A stretch of DNA of 64,000 bases from Macrostomum lignano (taxonomy: Eukaryota), in contig NIVC01000954.1 of assembly GCA_002269645.1 (NCBI GenBank), forward strand, positions 1 through 64,000, given 5' to 3'. Every line of letters starts with the position of its first letter. Positions within the stretch are counted from its first letter, which is position 1. A model generated the notes under the pieces. It did not search any database, was not told where the DNA came from, and saw nothing but the letters and a program-made list of their open reading frames with translations. Made by a program: the position numbers and the translations under genes. Positions 43,667 through 53,846 of this stretch are shown in pieces.

Positions 43667-46600
43667 CTGAAAAATAATTCACAAGTAAAATCATTTATAT
43701 CACAATATCTTATAGTAATTGGCAAATAATACTATACTATACTCATACTATATTTACCATGAATAATTATAAACAATTACATTCTTTTATTTCTATATAT
43801 ACCTGGCACTGCACAGGCACTAGCTAAAGCATATAAATATTTATAGCTAATATATATAGCTATGACATAGCTATAGTAATATGGCCTACAATACAAAATA
43901 GTTATACAAATATAGCAAATATATAACAAGGAAAACACAGCATCTACCTGGCATTTGAGGAATTGATCTACACACACATAGTAGCTAATAATTGATATGT
44001 TCCTAGGCTATAGCCCATAAAAGCCCTAAATAAAGTAAAGATATAGTGGGTTAAAGGTAAAGCTATATACTGTCATGCTTGCTGGGTTAAATTGCAAAGA
44101 ACAATTAGGCATTGCACTTCCACTGTTGCCAAGCCATGTGTGTTGTGTACATTTATGCAACTAAAAAAAAGAAAAAACAATTTTGAAACATGCATAGCAT
44201 GTGAGTTAATCATAATGACATAAAAAGATAGCTAGCCAGCTAATTCAAAAGTGAAGTTTGCAAAGGATCTGCAATACAAGCCATCCACAAAATAAAACAC
44301 GTGAGCATGAAAATCGGAGGAAACTATATGCTAAACAGACCATCAAAATAACAAGTATGACAAAAATCCACATTCTCCTGCTCCAAACAGAAATTGCAAA
44401 ACAATATTGGTACTATGTAAAATAGACGTGCGTCGTGATGCTTTGCAACATATAAGTTTATCAAACCAATTTTGTCTACTAATTATTAACAAAAAACTGC
44501 ACAGTAGTTGCCAAAAAGAAAACACTTTACATAATACGTACTGTGTAGAGCAAATCCAACTTAGTTCTAGAGTTATTACACAATTCCCTGACCTCAGTTT
44601 TACTCACAGTCTTTTTCGGAAATTTGGTTTACCGTTGAGAAACAACGGCAATTCAACGAAGAGCAATCACAACGGTTTTACAACGGTTTCACAACGCACT
44701 TCAAAAAATGAAATATTGGCTCAGTAAGCAAAATAAAAGCTTTTTTAATTGCTTACGAGCCATTTTGGGTACAAAGACAAACTTTTTTGTTCCCAACGCT
44801 TTTGTGACATACCTCCGTTGAAACACCGTTGGATCAACGTTGTCTTTTCCACTGGGACCATGGTCTCCATGGCCACCAACACCAATTATATTCGCCACTT
44901 GGTTGTAGGCTTGCCAACCATCAGTCAAGATCCGTGTGCCAGGCAGGACAAACTGCTGGATTATAGGAAGCAGTGTCTGAGCAGACCTATTAGGCACAAC
45001 AACTATCACACAATTGGGGCTACCCCTTTCTACCATGCCAAGGACCCAATGACCCTCATGGTATGCACCCTGCTGGTATTTGCGATGAAAAAATTTGCTT
45101 TCATTGATTTCAACAGTAGTGCTAGGTCTACCAAATTGCATCGGGTGGTCAATGAATGAAGTACTGGCAGCAAATGTCCCTGACAAAGTTGAGCCAGTCC
45201 ACAGCCGTATGGTCACTAACGCGACACTCGTGCATCATGGCCATCTTGGTCTCATTCCTTGCCCAGCAGTACAGCAAGGTGACAAGCTGCTGTAGTGTCA
45301 GGTGACTACTCTCGAAGAAAGAGTCCTTCTTGATGCTTTGCTAACTGCGGCAAGTCTTGCAGTCCCAGGCCCAGCCATCTACGAAGCAATTACCAGCTCG
45401 ACGCTGCAGGTTCATGGGGGTCTGGGCTGGATAGGAGCATGTATGTTGGTTGCCGATAAGGCCAACCTTGGCCATCCAGCACATTGTATCCTCCAGCGTT
45501 GCCGTGGCAGCCATCAGGTCGCGTGCATTTAGCTCTAGTTGTGGTAGAGCATTTGCTGGCAGCAATTCATTCGGCGGAATTATCCACAAGGGTCTTGGTG
45601 GTCGTCCAGCCATGATACAATATGTTGTCCAAAAGAAAAAGCAGATATTAGCAGCTTCTCAGCTAAACGGAAACAGTTCAAAGCCCCCCCCCCCCCACTT
45701 AAGCCCTTTCGATTTTTTAAACTATTTTTTCCATAGACAACTTGCGTTTTAAGTAGCATTTTAGCGTGGCACAGATTTAATGAAAAAAAGTATATTAATA
45801 GAGCACCCATTTGCTTTAAAGTTCCATGACCAGTGAGCACTGGCCCAGACGCTAGAATGGTTTAAAACATCATTGTTATTGTTTTCTGCTTTCGAACTTT
45901 CAAATTTAAATGAAAAATAATTTCGCGAACGAAACTGCACTATTGCCTAAATGTTGTAGGGCTACTTTTCTAAGTCCTATTATTGAATATCCTAAAGCTG
46001 CCACCAAAGTTGTCAAAGGGCTTAATTTCTGTCTTTATAAAAGTTGGTAGCTGCCACTAAGACTGCTCTATTAATAAATTATAAGTTTATTAATCTTAGA
46101 ATAAGTCTAAGAAATGTTTCTGAGTATTTATCTGAGTAATTGTCTGAGTATTTGGTCTGTGAATTATTCTTAAAATACTATTTAGCCATTACAAGTATCG
46201 TTCTTCTGTTATTCCAATAGCGTTTAACTGTTATTCTGGTAGCATTTACTGTTAATTTGGCCTGAGCGGTATATTAGCTTACTGGTATATGTATTGCATG
46301 TACTTTCCAAGTCCTGGGCGTTACTGAGATTAGAGGGTCACAGCCTCAGGTTATTCTTATGTGCATTGATTTAGGATCTAATTTGTAATCCAAGATCTAC
46401 TTTAGGATCTAATTGCAACTTAGCTCTCCCTAATTGCAACTTAGTTCCTCCCAATTGCGACTTAGTTCCTCCTAATTGTGACTTAGTTCCTCCTGATTGC
46501 AACTTAATTTTCAATTTGTATTATGACTTTTCTTGCCTTTTCTCTTCTCTTCTCTTTCTCTTTCCTCTTTCCCTTTTCTTCTCCTTTCTTTCTTTTCTTT

Positions 46601-46919
46601 TTCTCTTCCTCTCCTTTCCTTCTTCCCCCAATTTTTTGTCTTTTGCATTTTTGATTTTGTGACTTACCTTGGCCGGTGGCCACTTCACCTGTCCAATTTG
46701 GATGGGTTCACGGGTGTTGGGCATGTATGTGTTAGCAGTGGACAGAAGTGTCTAAGATGTGACTATGGCCCTATGCTTGCAGCAGAAGGCTGCAGCCACA
46801 TCAATGGTACTATTATATTAGGTTAATATTTTTTGTTTTTGCTTCTATTACTTCTAAACTGTTTAACTTTATCTTAGAAATGTTCTACCCTTTGTTATAG
46901 AAACAGGAAAATACTTGCA

Positions 46920-47626
46920 TTTAAATTGCTTTTCATACCTTTTTGTATATCAAATATAACTTTTTAAGATTCAAACATACCAAATTATATATGTCAATGA
47001 ACTATGCAGGGCTATGCAGGGCTATGAACTATGCAAAAAATTTTGGCATATAGAACACTTTCCTGACTATAGCTATATACCATATTGTGGGATGCATGAC
47101 CATGATGGCCATAGTTCTAAATTTTGATATCAATAAGAATAGGCCTAAGTTTACCATTTCCTCATTTCTTATTAGTAGTGATTAAAATTAGGTAAAGATC
47201 CCATTGTTAGGAAAGTACATTAGCATCCTGTACACTTGAATTTTCTGGCATGTATTAGCCCTTTATATTTCTTTGGTGTGCATATTTGATATGCCTGAAT
47301 AGGAATCCTAAAAATTTGTATTTGGCATACAAAAAATAGTAAAAGGCCTATACTAAGCTATTTGAAAATTAGTGCAAATATCTTCCAATTTCTAACAGAA
47401 GGCAGAACATTTCAAAGAAAAAGGTAATGGTTAAAATGTGATATGAGGGCAAAAAATCAAATTATTAGTTGAATATGATTGTGCTATTTTAAAGAGTTCA
47501 GACATCATAACTATTAGATAGACAACTTATAATATTAGTGATTAGTGGGGTGTGGCATAATTTGGTATGTTTGAATCTTAAAATGTTATATTTGATATAC
47601 AAAAACGTTATGAAAAGCAATTTAAA
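46920..47626. mobile_element. AT-rich ~700-bp MITE-like element with ~70-bp TIRs bounded by TTAA/TTTAAA
   Basis: TTTAAATTGCTTTTCATA..TTTTTGTATATCAAATATAAC..TTTAAGATTCAAACATACCAAATTAT at 46920-46990; its reverse complement lies at 47557-47626. Confidence 0.75.
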
Positions 47627-49290
47627 AATCAGAGAAGAAGTGAAAGGCCTAAGCTGCAAGTTGGACTTGTATTTATATTAGCATAATAAACAGGTTAGCT
47701 GAATTATCTGAGGTAAATTAATGGTTGAGATTATCTGTAGGGAAGAGCATAATAGACGAAAAGAGTGGGCTAACTGAAAAAATACAAGGCCTAATTGCAA
47801 AACACAAAGTACAGTTTAGAGGATGGAAATCTGACACTAACTTTGTATAATTGCAAGTTTTTATAAATGAGAAATAGACTTGACACTTATTTTGTTATTG
47901 TGTATGTGTAAAAATCAAATATAGCAATGCAAATGTCATTTATTGTTGCAGTGCAGAAATAGGGTTGCATAATTTTGAGATGTTGGCATATATATCAAAG
48001 TCACATTTCTACTTTTTATTGTATTGGGTATATACAAATTTTGCCTTAAAAAAACTCTGGCATACACTGGATACCTTCTTGACAGTAGTGCAGATCTGTT
48101 ATTCTTAATGAGAGAGATACCATTTTATAGAATTACTCGTATATCAACCAAAGAACATTTTCTTTAGCTTTTGTTGTAGATATATATATTAACAAAATAA
48201 AGCAAATAAGGTCTAGCCTAATACACAATCAATACCTTGTTGCTTAGATTATGCATCAAACTTTTCTTGTAGGCCTAATATACTATAATATTATTACTGA
48301 CTTTTGGTTAAATTAATAGATGTTGATAGCTCCATATTAAACTTATTTTAAATATTACAAATAATTAGCTCAAAAGTACTATAGATAATTTGTTTCAAAT
48401 TTATTATTGCATAATATTTATAGTTAGCTAAAATATAGAAGCCTACTCAATATTACAACAGCCATTAGGTTGAAAATCAATTGTAGAGACTAGAAATAAC
48501 AAGCTGTTAAAACGTGCGGATTTAGAACCTGGGAAACTCCAATCCCCGGAACTATTTTTGTATGTATTCTAAAATATAAAGTCATACTAAAAAGACTTAA
48601 TAGTTAGGATAGAGGTATAAACTAAACTTGATATAAATATGTATTAAAAAGTATACTTCTAGAATAGAATAAAACAGAACAGAATAGAATCTAAGACTAT
48701 GCAAATGCTTACAGCAGGACAGTATAGAATCAATCTGAATATTTTTAAGTAAGGAGATAGGATTAATATGTTGCTTTCAAGCATAACAACAAAGAAGCAG
48801 TGCAGAAGTTGCTGTCTAAGACTAAGTAAAAAAAGAAAAGTGATTGTACTGTTTAAGTATTCAAGAGAAACTAAGCAGAGTAAATATGCAAGACAATAGC
48901 AAAACCAATAAGGAACAATAAGAGTGATAAAATAATATATCTTAGCATTGCAACAGCAAATTAACAGTAGAAGTACCAAGCTTTATTCTATTAACTTTCT
49001 TTGCAAATCAATATTCTAGTTCTAGTCCAGTCTGGAGGGAACATTACTTGACTCTTGCTTCAGAAGGTTAGCAAAAATAGTTCTGAGTTCGTGTTCTATG
49101 GTTTGTCCACTCCGGCAAAAAAGTTTAAAAAAACTTAGCTAGAAAAAAAAATTAAATAGGCGAACTTGGTACGTCTACTGCTGGTAAATGTAACTCTTAA
49201 TAAAATTAATAAATAGAGAAAATTTCAGTTTAAAGATACACTCATGTCAGTAAAGTGAACATACTTCAGTTGTACAACTTTCACAGATGT

Positions 49291-51215
49291 TTATTGCAGT
49301 GCCTGAGGATACACTAGATTCATTTGTTCTCCCCCTAAGAGCAAGGATGAAGAGGCTAGCTGGAGTCCCAACGCGTGAGCATGCAATATAAAGTTGGCCA
49401 TGTGAGAAGCAGGGTGATTCTAAGTTGATTCCGGCCACCTTTAGCGACTGTCCTTGAACTTTCTTTATGGTCATGGCAAAGCAGACCTTCACTGGGAACT
49501 GTACTCGCTGGAATGGGATAGCGACGTTTGCCTGCGGGACGTTTGCCAGCCGACGTTTGCCTGCCGGACGTTTGCCAGCCGACATTTGCCAGCCGACGTT
49601 TGCCAGCCGACGTTTGCCAGTGGGACGTTTGCCAGCCGACGTTTGCCAGCGGGACGTTTGCCAGCCGAAGTTTGCCTGCCGGACGTTTGCCTGCCGGACG
49701 TTTGCCAGCCGACGTTTGCCAGCCGACGTTTGCCTGCCGGAAGTTTGCCAGCCAAAATTTGCTAGCCAATATAAAGCCAGTCAGTGAAAAAGTTGATACT
49801 GAAATATTCGCAGTTTAGCGGTTTGACAAAAACCGTTTTTACTCCAACTTTTTGACGGTTATTCGCATGTATACAAGTTTGAAAGCAAAATATATAAATA
49901 TAGTATAAATCTAGAAAATCTAAATCTAAGAAAATCTAAATCTAACTATATATAAATCTAGTTTAACAACGATTTTGGCACAACATATCAAAAGATAAAC
50001 ACTGGGTTTGCCTCGTATGAAAGCAATAACAATTGTTGTGCTGAAAAGATGAAAACTTCCTATCTCCCTATAGCCTTCAAAACATTTTTCATATATTTCG
50101 AGTGCTGCGTACTTCTACTTTAGTAGTCCTTGGCGTGACTAAGCTTTGCATACGTAGTGTCTAGCGCTTGCTATCCTACTAGCTTGCTACTGGCGGCTTG
50201 TCTGGCTATTCAGCTATATAGCTTACTATACAAACGTACCGCATTCGACTCGTCTACACATGTACGTTGAGATCGCGGTTTCCTGGCTTACTTGAGTAGT
50301 AATACAACAGAATTGGAATCAATTTGCTTACTTTTGGATCTCCCAATGAACTGAGAAATATATGAGCCAGAATTACCGCTCAGAAGCTCTTTTTGTTTGC
50401 CTCATAACTTAATCGCTGGAGATTCCCGTTGTAATCTGCGCGTCTTCTTTCGCACATCAAAAATCAAACATCTCAAACTGGGAAAAACGATACACAATTG
50501 TCAAAAGTAAACAATATTTTCACATTCAAAGAAAATCGTTGTTAAACTGGATATTAGATGTAAATCTATATAAATTGCATAATTTATATATTTTGCTTTC
50601 AAACTTGTATACATGCGAATAACCGTCAAAAAGTTGGAGTAAAAACGGTTTTTGTCAAACCGCTAAACTGCGAATGTTTCAGTATCAAATTTTTCACTGA
50701 CTGGCTTTATATTGGCTAGCAAATTTTGGCTGGCAAACTTCCGGCAGGCAAACGTCGGCTGGCAAACGTCGGCTGGCAAACTTCCGGCAGGCAAACGTCC
50801 GACTGGCAAACGTCCCGCTGGCAAACGTCGGCTGGCAAATGTCGGCTGGCAACCGTCGGCTGGCAAACGTCGGCTGGCAAACGTCCCGCAGGCAAACGTC
50901 CGGCAGGTAAACTTCGGCTGGCAAACGTCCCGCTGGCAAACGTCGGCTGGCAAACGTCGGCTGGCAAATGTCGGCTGGCAAACGTCCCGCAGGCAAATGT
51001 CGGCTGGCAAACGTCCCGCAGGCAAACGTCGTAGACCCCGCTGGAATTGAAAAGACAGGTCCAATGGAATAATTGGAATTCTTGGAAGAAACACAGACTG
51101 CCCTTTGCTGGATCCTGTCACAATTGTTGCCTCAAAGTGTAGTGTCCGGTGGCCGCTAATTGCTGCACCATGTTTTCCTTGGTGAAGTACACTCTTTGAC
51201 CAGTGTTGTCGGATT
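49291..51215 (-). pseudogene. Internally deleted Helitron Rep/helicase remnant (PIF1-like C-terminus) interrupted by a foldback element
   Basis: GQRVYFTKEN (about 51190), EATIVTGSSKGQSVFLPRIPIIPLDLSFQFQR (51135-51039), then [45 protein letters not shown]...(fs)NLVYPQALQ* (49514-49291). Confidence 0.88.
49515..51038. mobile_element. Foldback-type DNA transposon, Mutator-like (9-bp TSD), 1524 bp
   Basis: TSD CGCTGGAAT at 49506-14 and 51039-47. Arms of about 460-505 bp start GGG....CGACGTTTGCC and are built from 14/15-bp subrepeats (GACGTTTGCCAGCC). Confidence 0.9.
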
Positions 51216-51992
51216 CAGCGCGCAGGAATGTCATTTCCGCACTCGTTCGCATGCCGGAATGCAACTGTCTATGGTAAAAAAGCCATTGAAATCAAGCAGA
51301 AAATCATTGCAGAAATGATGTGCAATTCTTGCACTATAAAGAAAACGGAACATTAAGTATATAGTATATTTAGTTCATTTAAATTCTCATTATGCACACC
51401 TGGTATGAAAATTATAAGATTTCAATATTAGCGGCAATGTGCAATTCAATTAAATAGGTATATAGACTAAAACACGAATTCACTGTGATCTAGCAAATTA
51501 ACAGCTAATAAATAGTAACTAACAGATAAGAACGGTTGTAGCTCATTTTAAGATTGTTATTCAAATAATATATAATTGTACTCTTGTATTACTATACCAG
51601 ACCATACTAGTCGTACATATACTAGCGTACTAAAAGAAAGTATGTGAAACCACCAACGTGCAAAACGATATTTCCTAGTAGCTTTAACTCAGTCTCGTAA
51701 CAAAGTGCATTAGTCGAAAAGAAACTCAATGGTATTTGTCTCACCATTAGCAGTGATCTTCATTTTCCTTGTTAAAGCGGCCGAAATAGTTAGCTTTTCG
51801 GGAGCACCATGCTTCTCAATGCGCTTTGCGTTATTAGAGGCATCAACTGGAACCACCAGTACACCAGAGTTAGGCTTGTCCGTGTCGGTCAGCACACGCG
51901 TGAGTTGGCAGCTCATGCTGGCAATAGTCGCCTGCCTCTTCTTACGTCGGATATAACGCTCCACAGATATAGACACCTGGAGAGCACGCGTG

Positions 51993-52091
51993 AGTAGTAG
52001 TATGTTATAAGGGGTTGCGCCACACTTATTGCTCGGGCGCATTGCGCGCCAGCTCGCTGGATGACTCAACCCCTTATAACATACTACTACT
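51993..52091. repeat. 99-bp hairpin/MITE-like element with perfect 25-bp inverted arms
   Basis: AGTAGTAGTATGTTATAAGGGGTTG (51993-52017) and its exact reverse complement (52067-52091). Confidence 0.85.
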
Positions 52092-52113
52092 ACCAGGAGG
52101 TCAGAGTTGCAAT

Positions 52114-52149
<36 letters not shown>

Positions 52150-53346
52150 TAGATATAAAAATATATAAATATACATATATCTGTGAGTGAGGGTGTTGAG
52201 GGTGAGGGCATGTGGGGGGCATTGGCCTGTGGTATATTTCACAGAACACAGATTTTCAGAATTTTTATACTTTTTAAAAAGGAGGGTGCTCTCGCCGTCA
52301 TGCCCTCACTCATTTGAAAATGACTAAAAATAAGTGAAAAATGACTAAAAACAGGTGAAAATGGTCTGAAAACAGCGATTTTTTGTGATTTTCAAAATTT
52401 TTGAAAAAGTGCAATTTTCACGATTCCAGCTCTAAAGCCATGAGAAAAGTTGGATTCACGGGTCAATTCAATGCAATTGACTCTACAAAGGTATATACAA
52501 TATGAAAGAGTCATCCAATTTAACGATAGTAAATTTTTTATATATAAAATGCCCTTCAGTAAACCATTATTTCTAGGAAACGCTTTAGATATTCAGTCAG
52601 CTATAACAAAACTACCACCCATCTTCGCCACTAGAAAATACCCAGGAGAACTTCATATTCCAGGGTATTCTTTTGCAAGCCAACAGCTCTGACTCACAAT
52701 GCTGATGATGTATCAGAACCCCGTAACGTGGCACATTTTTGTCTATTTTTAGAACTAGTGAATGAAGACGCTGTCGTCTTCAAAGGTGGGACGATGGTTT
52801 TAATGTTTGTAACTTTTACGGCTTTGACCTGTTTATTAAACTAAATTAAGAACTTAATTAAGAAGCAATAATTGAGTGTGCCACTCAGGCGCAGGGCCAC
52901 CCTAGCAGTTAGAAACAGCACAGCATATTTGGCTAATGATATTTGCGCAGCTAAGCTCAGTTTGGGGAGACACCAACCAACAGTTAACACATTTGTCATT
53001 CTGTCTGGACTCCGTCCGTGCAGTGCATCAAAATGCGAAGCGTTAATGTTCACCGCTACAATCAGAGTTGCCAAATAAGCGCAAGATACTTTGCTGCATG
53101 GAAGACAATTAAACCTTTAATAATTATACTACTGAGAACCAATATACTACTGACATAGTGTTAATTTATTATGAAATTATGAGACAGTTTACACGGTAAC
53201 TAAATTTGACTAATCGAGTAACATGAATCTCAATTATTGCAATTACTGTATTTTCTCTTTTCTCTATACCCTTTCATTTAGCCATTAGTAAAACACAAAA
53301 CTAACATACGCAGTCCAAATGCAGTCAAAATGCAAAACGCAAACTG

Positions 53347-53846
53347 TCATCCCTGCTTCTCCTGCTGCTGTTGCGGCTGCTCTTGTTGCGTTGTCTGCTG
53401 CTCCTGTTGCGATGGTTGCTTTGTCTGCTGCTTCTTTTTATTCCAGCAGTTACGGGCAATGTGCCCTATTTTCTTACAGACGAAGCATCTCTCTACAATA
53501 TAGAAATGATTGTAAGCGTTTTTGCTATTTATATACATACGTGTATGTATATACACATTTATATTAATTCAGACTTACTTTGCACTGAACCCTTCCCGCC
53601 TCCTCTTCCTCCACCATCTCCTCCTCCTCCGCCATCTCCTCCTCCGCCGCCATCTCCTCCTCCGCCTTGCCCGCCTCCGCCTCCGCTTCCGCCTCCGCTT
53701 CCGCCTCCGCCTCCGCCTCGCCCGCCTCCGCCTCCGCCTCGCCCGCCTCCGCCTCTGCCTCGCCCGCCTCCGCCTCGCCCGCCACCGCCTCGCCCGCCTT
53801 CGCCTCGCCCGCCTCCCTGTTTATTAAAATAGAGTTTGACGATCAT
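53347..53846 (-). pseudogene. Spliced gene fragment: Gly/RGG-rich exon (about 53830-53579) plus CCHC zinc-knuckle/Gln-rich exon (53492-53347)
   Basis: Donor CAA A|GTAAGT, 86-nt intron and acceptor TTCTATATTGTAG|AG keep frame: ...GGRGGGKGSVQ-K-RCFVCKKIGHIARNCWNKK... Confidence 0.62.

Larger units (their letters stand above)
38849..44856 (-). mobile_element. CACTA/EnSpm (CMC) DNA transposon, 6008 bp, probably autonomous or nearly so
   Basis: TIRs CCCAG(C/T)GGAAAA..CAACGTTGAT.CAACG (26/30 match), subterminal CAACG/CGTTG repeats and a 2-bp TSD AC (38847-48; 44857-58). Encodes a transposase and an accessory gene. Confidence 0.92.
38609..45613 (-). pseudogene. Merlin transposase remnant: N-terminus and catalytic core at 44857-45613, C-terminus at 38609-38848
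   Basis: Zn-ribbon C..DGWAWDCKTC, SIKKDSFFESSHL, VEINESKFFHRKY, WVLGMVERG, PNRSAQTLLPII, PGTRILTDGWQAY and FVDP...HTNTIEGTW...EFMWRR. Stops and frameshifts are present. Confidence 0.88.
34712..45947 (-). mobile_element. Decayed Merlin (IS1016/ISXO2-like) DNA transposon, split by two later insertions
   Basis: About 100-bp inverted repeats at 34712-34816 and 45853-45947 bracket Merlin transposase fragments. The exact outer ends and TSD were not resolved. Confidence 0.75.

Noticed and set aside
46668-46810. Exon-like segment with a strong donor (GCCAAG|GTAAGT; MPNTREPIQIGQVKWPPAK)
   Set aside because: An in-frame TAG lies upstream, no downstream acceptor partner was found and no family was recognised.
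49157-49186. Imperfect hairpin GGCGAAC-TTG-GTACGTC plus CTGG-T as the 3' end of the Helitron remnant
   Set aside because: It reads as a 3' end on the + strand, opposite to the helicase. The - strand CTAG nearby is not followed by T. Unresolved.
49356-51050. ORFs with [16 protein letters not shown] repeats
   Set aside because: Translations of the foldback arm subrepeats on both strands.
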